64,000 nt of DNA from Escherichia coli (GTDB lineage Bacteria > Pseudomonadota > Gammaproteobacteria > Enterobacterales > Enterobacteriaceae). The position numbers and the translations under genes are program-made. The notes beneath the pieces are model-generated. The model did no database searches, was not told where the DNA came from, and saw only the letters and a list, made by a program, of their open reading frames with translations. Below are positions 41,020 through 50,145 of the stretch, in pieces (within the stretch, counting starts at the first letter, position 1; each line of letters begins with the position of its first letter). The stretch lies in the NCBI RefSeq assembly GCF_030384885.1, contig NZ_CP128613.1; one strand, given 5' to 3'.

Positions 41020-41055
41020 ATCCCACAATATGAGACGTAGTTTATATTGTGGGAT
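41020..41055. promoter_or_regulatory. perfect inverted repeat, candidate operator upstream of the IclR-family gene
   Basis: ATCCCACAATAT (41020-41031), 12-bp spacer, ATATTGTGGGAT (41044-41055); about 60 bp upstream of the regulator start in the rmuC-divergent intergenic region. Confidence 0.4.
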
Positions 41056-41116
41056 ATATCACCTTTTCCCCACGTCATTATGTGGAACACTTCAGCAATA
41101 TCATCAGGAGAAACGT

Positions 41117-41884
41117 ATGGCAGATACCTCTTCAACCACCGCTGGCGCACAAACGTTATTACGCGGGCTGGCGGTTCTTAATGCTGTTTATAACGGCTGC
41201 CATGACCTGAAAAGTATCGGCGAGTTCACCGGCACGACCCGGAGCACAACCCATCGTTTAGTCACCGTTCTGGTGGAACAACGCTACCTGCGCCACGTCC
41301 CAACGCAGGGCTACCAACTGGGCGCCAAACTGATCGAATTCGGTGCCAGAGCGCTGGAAAGCACCTCGCTGTACGAAATTGCGCTGCCCGTTTTGCAGCG
41401 TCTGGCCCGTTACACCCTGGACACCGTGCATCTGGGGATCGTTGAAGGCGACGAAGTGCTGTATCTGGAGAAGATCAACAGTCAGCGTGGGCTGGAAATG
41501 CGCTCACGCCCAGGCCATCGCATGCCACTGGCAATCACCGGCATCGGCAAGGCATTGATCCTCAACCGAACAGAAGAAGAGTGGCGCACGCTGTTTAAGA
41601 CCTGTGGTGATGAAACAAAACTGGGCACATTTATTCAGAACATGCGTCGTTATGCCGCCAGTGGTTTTGCTTTTGATCTGGAAGAGAACGAGCCGACTAT
41701 CCGTTGCGTTGCAGCGCCGGTTTACAACGCCCGGGATGAAATTGTGGCGGCTATTTCTGTCGCCAGTACCACTACGTATATGTCACTGGCGCGTCTGGAA
41801 GAACTGGCACCTTACGTCAAATCCTGTGCAGAAGAGATATCCGCTGAACTGGGCTGGGGTAAGCACGTCCGCAAAAATAAATAA
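41117..41884 (+). CDS. IclR-family transcriptional regulator
   Basis: 255-aa ORF from MADTSS with SD AGGAGA; N-terminal wHTH (LRGLAVLNAV...IGEFTGTTRSTTHRLVTVLVEQRYL) and C-terminal IclR effector domain pattern. Confidence 0.85.
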   Translation: MADTSSTTAGAQTLLRGLAVLNAVYNGCHDLKSIGEFTGTTRSTTHRLVTVLVEQRYLRHVPTQGYQLGAKLIEFGARALESTSLYEIALPVLQRLARYTLDTVHLGIVEGDEVLYLEKINSQRGLEMRSRPGHRMPLAITGIGKALILNRTEEEWRTLFKTCGDETKLGTFIQNMRRYAASGFAFDLEENEPTIRCVAAPVYNARDEIVAAISVASTTTYMSLARLEELAPYVKSCAEEISAELGWGKHVRKNK

Positions 41885-41907
41885 ACCATGACTAAAGGAA
41901 ACGGCTA

Positions 41908-42912
41908 ATGTCGGGAAACACCTCATTTATTGCCCTGGACTGGGGAACGTCATCGCTTCGGGCATGGCGTTTTGGCGACTCACCAAATCCACAAGAAAAA
42001 CGTGAATTCCCGTGGGGGATCATGAAATTACCCTCCCAGGCAGCAACACGTGAGGACGCTTTCCACGATACGTTTTTACGTGTCTGCGGCGACTGGCTGG
42101 CACAATCCCCATGCCCGATTCTGGCTTGCGGCATGATCGGCAGTGCGCAAGGGTGGCAACCCGCAGCTTATTTACCTTGCCCGGTCACTCTCGAGGGTCT
42201 GGCAAAGCAGTTGACGCCTGTTATCTACCAGCAGCAGACAATGCTGCACATCATTCCCGGCGTGATTAAAGAAGGTGAAATGCCCGAAGTGATGCGTGGC
42301 GAAGAGACACAAATCTTCGGTGCTATCTCGATGGAACCGGCCCTGCAAAACGCGCTCCGCCAGGGTATGCCTGTGCTGATTGGCTTACCTGGCACACATG
42401 CGAAATGGGCGGTAGTTGAAAACAACACCATTACCGATTTTCGAACCTTTATGACAGGCGAGTTATTTGATGTTTTATCCCGCCATTCGATTCTCGGTGC
42501 CACCATGCGTTCGGGAGATGAACCGCACTGGGATGCCTTCGCCCACGGGCTGACAGCGGCACAAGAGCATCATCAGACCGGATTATTATCGACGCTGTTT
42601 TCGACCCGTTCGCGCCTGCTGACCAGTAATCTTACGCCGTCCTCACAGGGGGATTACCTTTCAGGATTACTGATAGGCCATGAATTATGCGGTCTGGCAT
42701 CCAGTTTGCTACGTGATTTACCCGCCACAACACCGATCGCCTTAATCGGTAGCGCCACTCTGAACAGCCGCTATTCACAAGCATTCAGCCACGTTTTTCC
42801 CGACAGACAGCTACACGCCATTCCTAATGCCACTGAACAGGGGTTATGGCGAATCGCCCACGCTGCCGGGCTACTCTCCACCAACGCCAGGGAATGTACT
42901 CATGCCATTTAA
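41908..42912 (+). CDS. 2-dehydro-3-deoxygalactonokinase-like sugar-acid kinase (DgoK family)
   Basis: 334-aa ORF sharing the motifs I recall from DgoK: ALDWGTSSLRAW, MRGEETQ, PGTHAKW, FRTFMTGELF. Confidence 0.85.
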   Translation: MSGNTSFIALDWGTSSLRAWRFGDSPNPQEKREFPWGIMKLPSQAATREDAFHDTFLRVCGDWLAQSPCPILACGMIGSAQGWQPAAYLPCPVTLEGLAKQLTPVIYQQQTMLHIIPGVIKEGEMPEVMRGEETQIFGAISMEPALQNALRQGMPVLIGLPGTHAKWAVVENNTITDFRTFMTGELFDVLSRHSILGATMRSGDEPHWDAFAHGLTAAQEHHQTGLLSTLFSTRSRLLTSNLTPSSQGDYLSGLLIGHELCGLASSLLRDLPATTPIALIGSATLNSRYSQAFSHVFPDRQLHAIPNATEQGLWRIAHAAGLLSTNARECTHAI

Positions 42913-43531
42913 TACGCTTTTGCAAAAAACCGGGTTAGTCGCCATTTTACGCGGCGTGAAACCGGATGAGATTGTCGCCATCGGTGAAAAGCTGTATGCC
43001 GCTGGATTTCGCCTGATTGAGATTCCCATGAACTCGCCGGAGCCGTTGCAAAGTATCAGTTTACTGCGCGACGCCCTGCCTAAGGACTGCCTGGTCGGAG
43101 CCGGAACGGTGCTTTCGGTGGAGCAAGTCGTCGCGGTTAAAGAGGCTGGAGGCCAGATTATCGTAATGCCGCATTGCGATACTGCGGTGATCCGTCGTGC
43201 CCGTGCGCTGGGTATGTATTGTGCGCCTGGCGTCGCTACGCCCACCGAAGCTTTTGCTGCCATTGAACATGGCGCCAATGCCATCAAGCTGTTCCCGGCT
43301 GAACAAATTACGCCTGAAGTCACCAAAGCCTGGCGTGCGGTTATTCCACAATCCGTTCCGATGTTACCGGTTGGCGGTATCACTCCAGACACAATGGCGC
43401 GTTATCTGAGCCACGGCGCAAACGGCTTTGGCCTCGGTTCTGCGCTATATCGCCCCGGCATGACGCCAGAGCAAGTCTATGAAAATGCAGTACTGTTTAT
43501 GAACGCATGGAACAATTTAAATAGCAAATAA
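42902..43531 (+). CDS. 2-dehydro-3-deoxy-6-phosphogalactonate / KDPG-type aldolase (DgoA/Eda family)
   Basis: About 209-aa ORF from MPFNTLLQKTGLVAILRG; class I aldolase TIM-barrel pattern (EIPMNSP, GAGTV, KLFPA, GGIT). Start overlaps the kinase 3' end by 11 bp. Confidence 0.85.
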   Translation: MPFNTLLQKTGLVAILRGVKPDEIVAIGEKLYAAGFRLIEIPMNSPEPLQSISLLRDALPKDCLVGAGTVLSVEQVVAVKEAGGQIIVMPHCDTAVIRRARALGMYCAPGVATPTEAFAAIEHGANAIKLFPAEQITPEVTKAWRAVIPQSVPMLPVGGITPDTMARYLSHGANGFGLGSALYRPGMTPEQVYENAVLFMNAWNNLNSK

Positions 43532-43555
43532 CTGATAAATAAGGATATAAAAGCA

Positions 43556-44530
43556 ATGATAAAACATCTTACCTTACCGAAAAAAATGGCTGCAATGGTA
43601 CTTCTTGCCGGCGCTGCCCTCAGCACTGCGCCTGTGCAGGCGGCCTCCTGGCCAACCAAACAGATCGAGTTAGTCGTACCCTACGCGGCCGGAGGCGGTA
43701 CGGATCTGGTTGCCCGTGCCTTTGCTGATGCCGCCAAAAACCATTTGCCCGTCAGCATCGGGGTTATCAATAAACCTGGCGGTGGCGGCGCTATCGGCCT
43801 GAGTGAAATCGCCGCTGCCCGCCCTAACGGTTACAAAATGGGTTTAGGCACGGTTGAACTGACCACCCTTCCCAGTCTCGGAATGGTGCGTTTTAAAACC
43901 AGCGACTTTAAACCCATTGCCCGTCTGAATGCGGATCCTGCGGCTATCACCGTCCGTGCCGATGCACCGTGGAATAGCTATGAAGAATTTATGACTTACG
44001 CCAAAGCGAATCCCGGAAAAGTACGCATTGGTAACTCAGGCACCGGAGCAATCTGGCATCTGGCGGCAGCTGCACTGGAAGACAAAACGGGCGTGAAGTT
44101 TTCTCATGTCCCATATGACGGCGCAGCCCCTGCCATTACAGGCCTGTTAGGCGGGCATATTGAAGCGGTTTCCGTAAGCCCAGGTGAAGTTATCAATCAT
44201 GTGAAAGGCGGCAAGCTGAAGACACTGGTAGTGATGGCGGATGAACGTATGAAAACCATGCCTGACGTCCCGACGTTAAAAGAGAAAGGCGTTGATCTCT
44301 CCATCGGCACCTGGCGCGGCCTGATTGTGTCGCAAAAAACGCCGCAGGATGTGGTTGATGTTCTGGCTAAGGCCGCAAAAGAGACGGCTGAAGAGCCTGC
44401 ATTCCAGGATGCTCTGCAAAAGTTGAATCTCAACTATGCATGGCTTGATGGTGCCAGCTTCCAGACCCAAATCAACGAACAGGAAAAGTACTTTGACGAG
44501 TTACTAACTCGGCTGGGCTTGAAAAAATAA
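43556..44530 (+). CDS. tripartite tricarboxylate transporter substrate-binding protein (TctC/Bug family)
   Basis: 324-aa ORF with signal peptide (MIKHLTLPKKMAAMVLLAGAALSTAPVQA) and the TctC-type motifs ...VVPYAAGGGTD..., ...NKPGGGGAIG.... Confidence 0.85.
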   Translation: MIKHLTLPKKMAAMVLLAGAALSTAPVQAASWPTKQIELVVPYAAGGGTDLVARAFADAAKNHLPVSIGVINKPGGGGAIGLSEIAAARPNGYKMGLGTVELTTLPSLGMVRFKTSDFKPIARLNADPAAITVRADAPWNSYEEFMTYAKANPGKVRIGNSGTGAIWHLAAAALEDKTGVKFSHVPYDGAAPAITGLLGGHIEAVSVSPGEVINHVKGGKLKTLVVMADERMKTMPDVPTLKEKGVDLSIGTWRGLIVSQKTPQDVVDVLAKAAKETAEEPAFQDALQKLNLNYAWLDGASFQTQINEQEKYFDELLTRLGLKK

Positions 44531-44546
44531 TCCCGAGGTACGGTCG

Positions 44547-45053
44547 ATGAACACAAAACAGTCTGTTGCTCAACTCGCCGTACCGCACCGCAAGCGCTTT
44601 TCATCCACTGTGGTGGTGGCGCTGTTACTTTGTGTGGTTGCTGGCGCGGTGATAATTAATGCCGCTGATTTTCCAGCAACTGCCATTGAAACGGATCCCG
44701 GTGCAAGTGCCTTCCCTACTTTCTATGCCTGCGCTCTGATTGTGCTCGCTGTCTTACTGGTGATACGCGATCTTTTGCTGGCAAAACCAGTCCCTTGCGC
44801 CAACGCACAGGAAAAACCGGCATTCAGGAAAACGGCAACGGGAATTGCGGCAACCGCGTTTTATATTGTGGCGATGAGCTACTGCGGTTATCTCATTACT
44901 ACTCCTGTTTTCCTCATCGTCATTATGACGTTGATGGGCTACAGGCGATGGGTACTCACACCGGGTATTGCGCTGCTGTTAACGGCAATCCTCTGGTTGC
45001 TGTTTGTCGAAGCGTTACAGGTGCCATTGCCTGTCGGCACATTTTTCGAATAA
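44547..45053 (+). CDS. tripartite tricarboxylate transporter small membrane subunit (TctB-like)
   Basis: 168-aa hydrophobic protein with about 4 TM segments, positioned between tctC-like and tctA-like genes. Confidence 0.75.
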   Translation: MNTKQSVAQLAVPHRKRFSSTVVVALLLCVVAGAVIINAADFPATAIETDPGASAFPTFYACALIVLAVLLVIRDLLLAKPVPCANAQEKPAFRKTATGIAATAFYIVAMSYCGYLITTPVFLIVIMTLMGYRRWVLTPGIALLLTAILWLLFVEALQVPLPVGTFFE

Positions 45054-45065
45054 CAGGGGCCTGCA

Positions 45066-46556
45066 ATGTTTGAAAGTGAACTTTTAACTCAGGGGTTTTC
45101 GACATTACTCAGTAATCCTCAGGCGCTGCTGTTTGCCACGTTTGGAGTGATACTGGGTATTATGATTGGCGCTCTGCCTGGCCTGACAGCGACCATGGGT
45201 GTGGCGATTTTGCTGCCTTTCACCTACGGCATGGAGCCTGTTTCTGGCTTGTTGATGATTTGCGGTGTCTTTTTTGGTGGTGTGTATGGTGGTTCTATCA
45301 CCGCAATTTTGCTCAAAATTCCCGGTACGCCTGCCGCCGCTGCCACCGCCATTGACGGTTATGAGTTAACGAAGCAGGGAAAAGCCGGGCTGGCATTAAG
45401 TGCCGCCACGTTCTCTTCTTTTAGCGGTGGAACGCTCAGCATTATCGTATTGATGTTTCTCTCTCCGGTACTTGCCAGTTGGGCGTTGAAATTTAGTGCC
45501 TCGGAGTCCTTCGCCCTGGCAACCTTCGGACTAAGTATTATTGCCAGTATTTCCGGTGAGTCACTGATTAAAGGGCTGATTGCCGGGGTTGGCGGATTAC
45601 TGATCGCAACGATAGGCCTCGATCCGATGGGCGGTTTTCCACGCTTTACGGGCGGGTTTGTGGAACTGATGAATGTGCCATTTATCCCGGTGATGATTGG
45701 TCTGTTTGCTGCTTCAGAAGCGTTCCGTTCTATGGAACAAAATCAGCATATTCGTCAGAGCGCGAACGTGGCTATCGGCAGTCTGTTACTGCCCTGGCAA
45801 ACGCTACGCCGCATCGCATTAACCATTTTGCGCTCATCAGGATTAGGGGTTTTTATCGGCATGATCCCCGGTGCGGGGGCAGATATTGCAGCTTTTGTTG
45901 CCTATAACGAAACTCGTCGTTTCAGTAAGACGCCTGAAAACTTTGGTAAGGGTGAGATTAAGGCGGTGGCCTCCTGTGAGGCAGGCGCGAATGGCTGCAC
46001 CGGTGGCGCATTGTTACCTATGCTGACGTTGGGGATCCCAGGCGATGCGGTAACTGCCATCATGCTGGGCGCGTTAACGTTACAAGGGATGCAGCCAGGC
46101 CCACTGATGTTTACCGACCACGGCGATATGGTTTATACGCTGTTTGTCGGCATGATCTTTTGTTACTTCATGCTGCTAGTTCTTGGACTGCTCTCTTTGA
46201 AAGTCATCGGTAACGTGGTGAAGATCCCCGGCAATATTCTCACGCCGATGATCCTCGCACTTTGTGTGGTCGGGACTTATGCGTTGAACAATAGCCTGTT
46301 TGATGTTGGCATTATGCTGATTGCAGGCGTGGTGGGCTATTTCATGCAAAAAGGGGGGTATCCGGCATCACCCGTAGTGCTGGCATTGATTATGGGGCCA
46401 ATGGCGGAAAGTAATTTTCGCCGTGCGCTGTCGCTTTCTGGTGGGTCACTCGACTTTCTGTATACCCGACCGATAACCCTGGCATTGCTGACACTGGCAG
46501 CCTTTACGCTACTGACGCCAATAATACGCAAAATTATGCGCTTACGGCGTCAGTAA
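45066..46556 (+). CDS. tripartite tricarboxylate transporter large permease (TctA family)
   Basis: 496-aa polytopic membrane protein with Gly-rich TM segments typical of TctA (GALPGLTATMGVAILLPFTYGM, GGSITAILLKIPGTPAAAAT). Confidence 0.9.
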   Translation: MFESELLTQGFSTLLSNPQALLFATFGVILGIMIGALPGLTATMGVAILLPFTYGMEPVSGLLMICGVFFGGVYGGSITAILLKIPGTPAAAATAIDGYELTKQGKAGLALSAATFSSFSGGTLSIIVLMFLSPVLASWALKFSASESFALATFGLSIIASISGESLIKGLIAGVGGLLIATIGLDPMGGFPRFTGGFVELMNVPFIPVMIGLFAASEAFRSMEQNQHIRQSANVAIGSLLLPWQTLRRIALTILRSSGLGVFIGMIPGAGADIAAFVAYNETRRFSKTPENFGKGEIKAVASCEAGANGCTGGALLPMLTLGIPGDAVTAIMLGALTLQGMQPGPLMFTDHGDMVYTLFVGMIFCYFMLLVLGLLSLKVIGNVVKIPGNILTPMILALCVVGTYALNNSLFDVGIMLIAGVVGYFMQKGGYPASPVVLALIMGPMAESNFRRALSLSGGSLDFLYTRPITLALLTLAAFTLLTPIIRKIMRLRRQ

Positions 46557-46589
46557 TTGATATCGCTCCCCGACGTTGGGGAGTATGAG

Positions 46590-46740
46590 ACTGATGACAA
46601 ACGCTAAATTGCCTGATGCGCTGCGCTTATCAGGCCTACCACAGAAATGCAATATATTGAATTTGCATGCTTTTGTAGGCCGGGTAAGGCGATCACGCCG
46701 CATCCGGCATGAACAAAGCACACGTTAACAACAATCGGAA
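46590..46740. repeat. REP/BIME palindromic repeat cluster
   Basis: GCCTGATGCGCTGCGCTTATCAGGCCTAC, TGTAGGCCGGGTAAGGCGATCACGCCGCATCCGGC units between the transporter gene and udp. Confidence 0.55.
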
Positions 46741-46766
46741 TGCTCCCCTAAGCCAGGGAGCTTTTT

Positions 46767-47531
46767 TTATTTCAGCAGACGACGCGCCGCTTCCACCACG
46801 ATTTTCACCGCCTGGCTTTCGGTTTGTTTCATCGTCTCAGCATTCGGGATCTCTTGTTGGGTACGATTGACGATAACGCCCGCCACCATACCGGCACGAA
46901 GGCCCTGGCTTGCACACATGGTCAGCAGGGTTGCAGATTCCATTTCATAGTTCATTACGCCCATCGCCTGCCACTCTTCCATAGAACCTTTAAAGTGACG
47001 GACTACGCGACCAGAGTAAGTATCGTAACGTTCCTGACCCGGGTAGAAGGTATCAGAAGAAGCCGTCACACCAACGTGAGTGGTGGCACCAATTGACTTC
47101 GCCGCTTCAACCAGCGCGGTCGTACATTCGAAATCTGCGACAGCCGGGAACTCCAGCGGAGCGAAGTGCAGGCTCGCGCCATCCAGACGAACAGACGCCG
47201 TGGTCACCAGCACATCGCCGACATTGATATGCGGCTGGATAGCGCCCGTTGTACCGATACGCAGGAAGGTGCGAATGCCCAGCTGTGCCAGCTCTTCAAC
47301 CGCAATAGAGGTAGACGGGCCGCCGATACCGGTAGAGCAGACGATAACAGGTTTACCATCCAGCTCTGCACGCCAGGTGGTGAATTCGCGGTGAGATGCC
47401 AGCTTAACCGGCTTATCCATCAGCGCGGCGATCTTTTCCACACGATCCGGGTCGCCAGGGACGATGGCAAGCGTAGCCCCTTGTAAATCGTTTTTAGTGA
47501 GGCCGAGATGAAAAACATCAGACTTGGACAT
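46767..47531 (-). CDS. udp: uridine phosphorylase
   Basis: 253-aa ORF from [19 protein letters not shown]; PNP/UDP phosphorylase family. Confidence 0.96.
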   Translation of the reverse strand: MSKSDVFHLGLTKNDLQGATLAIVPGDPDRVEKIAALMDKPVKLASHREFTTWRAELDGKPVIVCSTGIGGPSTSIAVEELAQLGIRTFLRIGTTGAIQPHINVGDVLVTTASVRLDGASLHFAPLEFPAVADFECTTALVEAAKSIGATTHVGVTASSDTFYPGQERYDTYSGRVVRHFKGSMEEWQAMGVMNYEMESATLLTMCASQGLRAGMVAGVIVNRTQQEIPNAETMKQTESQAVKIVVEAARRLLK

Positions 47532-47792
47532 ATACAACTCCTCTGTGAATCGGTTTAGTCAGAAGAAGCAAAAAGACACTTTACCGAAGGGTTTAACATT
47601 TTTTCGTGACACTCATCACCTTGATGCAAATGCGTTGCATAAATTTACCCAGCAAAAGTGATGCGAATCACATAAATCACTCTTCATTCTGCATGACTGC
47701 ATAAAAGATGAGCCGATTCAGGCAATGTGATTTGTTGCATGCTGACTATAGTTAACATTGCGCAACATTTTTATAAGGGTACGGAGAATACC

Positions 47793-48605
47793 ATGGCAAC
47801 AACACAACAATCTGGATTTGCACCTGCTGCATCACCTCTCGCTTCGACCATCGTTCAGACCCCGGATGACGCGATTGTAGCAGGCATCACCTCTATCCCT
47901 TCACAAGGGGATAACATGCCTGCTTACCATGCCAGACCAAAGCAGAGCGATGGCCTACTACCAGTGGTCATTGTAGTGCAGGAAATTTTTGGCGTGCATG
48001 AACATATCCGCGATATTTGTCGCCGTCTGGCGCTGGAGGGGTATCTGGCTATCGCACCTGAACTTTACTTCCGCGAAGGCGATCCGAATGATTTTGCCGA
48101 TATCCCTACGCTGCTTAGCGGTCTGGTAGCAAAAGTGCCTGACTCGCAGGTGCTGGCCGATCTCGATCATGTCGCCAGTTGGGCGTCACGCAACGGCGGC
48201 GATGTTCATCGCTTAATGATCACCGGATTTTGCTGGGGTGGACGTATCACCTGGCTATATGCTGCGCATAACCCGCAACTGAAAGCGGCGGTGGCATGGT
48301 ACGGCAAACTGACAGGCGATAAGTCGCTGAATTCACCGAAACAACCTGTTGATATCGCAACCGATCTTAACGCGCCGGTTCTCGGCTTATATGGTGGTCA
48401 GGATAACAGCATTCCGCAGGAGAGCGTTGAAACCATGCGCCAGGCGCTGCGGGCTGCTAATGCGAAAGCAGAGATTATCGTCTACCCGGATGCCGGGCAT
48501 GCATTCAACGCCGATTATCGCCCGAGCTATCATGCTGAGTCGGCGAAAGATGGCTGGCAGCGTATGCTGGAGTGGTTTAAGCGGTATGGTGGGAAACGGA
48601 ATTAG
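47793..48605 (+). CDS. ysgA: dienelactone hydrolase-family protein YsgA
   Basis: About 270-aa ORF from MATTQQSGF; alpha/beta hydrolase with nucleophile elbow GFCWGG. Confidence 0.9.
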   Translation: MATTQQSGFAPAASPLASTIVQTPDDAIVAGITSIPSQGDNMPAYHARPKQSDGLLPVVIVVQEIFGVHEHIRDICRRLALEGYLAIAPELYFREGDPNDFADIPTLLSGLVAKVPDSQVLADLDHVASWASRNGGDVHRLMITGFCWGGRITWLYAAHNPQLKAAVAWYGKLTGDKSLNSPKQPVDIATDLNAPVLGLYGGQDNSIPQESVETMRQALRAANAKAEIIVYPDAGHAFNADYRPSYHAESAKDGWQRMLEWFKRYGGKRN

Positions 48606-48996
48606 TTTCCTCTTATTCTATATTTGAGATGGTGAGTGAACGAATGCGTTTTGCTGCCATCTCTGTCCCCCAAAAAATAATCAGTATGAATTGATTGGAG
48701 AGCACGACTCCGCTATTTGACCTTAAGAAAGTCGGCAAGTCATAGTCATAAATGAGTCTCTTCACTGGCAGACACCTTAAAGATTTACCATCAACTCCCA
48801 TTCTCAAACAAACATTAATTATTATCAACACATTCACATTAATTATAAATTACCTCAGACCTTCCTGATAAAAAGATATTAAAGTGAAACATTTTGTTTT
48901 TCACATTTTAGTTCATCCCTTTTAGGCGTAAATAAAGGTAAAAAATAACAATACTATTTTTCTTTCACAAAAAAATTAACAAAAGGTTTTTCAAGG

Positions 48997-50145
48997 ATGA
49001 GTGATATTATCTACCTGACCATAACCGGAGAACAACACGGATGTATTTCCTCTCGTTGTGGAACGAGCACATCAATAGGTAATCGCTGGCAGATTGGTCA
49101 TGAAGATGAAATCTTCGCATTCTCGCTCTCTAATAGTATTACGAATACAGGAAAAGGGTCACATTTGCATGGCCTTAGTTTCTGTAAGTTGATTGACAAA
49201 AGCTCCCCGTTACTTATTAACGCTATTAACAATAACGAGCAGTTGTTCATGGAGTTTGACTTCTATCGGATCAATAGATTTGGTCGATGGGAGAAATATT
49301 ACAACATTCAACTCCGCGGCGCGCTCTTATCAGCAATCAATCACCTGTTTACGGAGAACAATCTGGATACAGAAACCATCACTGTCAGTTATGAATATAT
49401 ACTCTCCAGGCATCTGATTGCTAATACTGAATTTAGTTATTTGGCATTTCCCGATAACTACAATCGTCTGTTTATACCACGGCCAAAAACTAAAGATGAT
49501 AATGGCCTCAAAACACTCAATAGTAAAGCTGTTGGCAGACTGCTTGCTGCTGGCGGCATATACAATGGGAATATCGAAGGATTCAGGGAAACAGCAAACA
49601 AGTTGGGGGGAGATGCACCTGCTGGTTACGATCAAGTTATGGATAACAAAGGGTTACTCATCGCTGGTGCTTCAATAGTTGCTGGAGCAGTTCTGGGGAG
49701 AATGAGACTCCCTGATTTGGAATCACTTGAGCATTTCGGAGCCAGAGGAGCAGTATCAGGAAGACCATTTAATCCCGACCTTGCCGGTGGTCCAATAGAA
49801 AATCTGACGACAGATGGCGTAACAATCAACAGGGAAGGTATCGCTATTGTTGAAAAACACATAGCCAGATTTGGTCATGACCCTGTAAATGAAGTGATGA
49901 TCAATAGACTGAAAGACATTGAGAAAGGAAAAATCCCCCCAGAACAAGTAGATCTTAACTTCTATACTCATGAATGTCGGGAATATCAGCGTTACTGTAA
50001 TCTTGGTTGGGAAACAGGACAACCTGATGGTGACGCAGGCTATGCACTCTGGAATCATACGCATACTGCTACTCTAGAAGATTATAAACTTAAGGGAGAA
50101 CTTAATGACTTATACCACCAGGACGCACTTGACTATGATAACTGA
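48997..50145 (+). CDS. Hcp (T6SS tube protein, TssD) fused to a C-terminal extension; candidate evolved-Hcp toxin effector
   Basis: 382-aa ORF. The N-terminal ~160 aa follow the Hcp pattern (ITGEQHG...NRW..GHEDEIFAFS...KLIDKSSPLLINAI...EFDFYRIN) as I recall it; then a Gly-rich linker and a ~130-aa His/Cys-containing C-terminal region. Low GC and AT-rich upstream region. Confidence 0.8.
   Translation: MSDIIYLTITGEQHGCISSRCGTSTSIGNRWQIGHEDEIFAFSLSNSITNTGKGSHLHGLSFCKLIDKSSPLLINAINNNEQLFMEFDFYRINRFGRWEKYYNIQLRGALLSAINHLFTENNLDTETITVSYEYILSRHLIANTEFSYLAFPDNYNRLFIPRPKTKDDNGLKTLNSKAVGRLLAAGGIYNGNIEGFRETANKLGGDAPAGYDQVMDNKGLLIAGASIVAGAVLGRMRLPDLESLEHFGARGAVSGRPFNPDLAGGPIENLTTDGVTINREGIAIVEKHIARFGHDPVNEVMINRLKDIEKGKIPPEQVDLNFYTHECREYQRYCNLGWETGQPDGDAGYALWNHTHTATLEDYKLKGELNDLYHQDALDYDN

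Noticed and set aside
42871-43392. 173-aa minus-strand ORF inside the aldolase-like gene
   Set aside because: Antisense to an ORF with a clear class I aldolase pattern; Ser/Gly/Ala-rich artefact.
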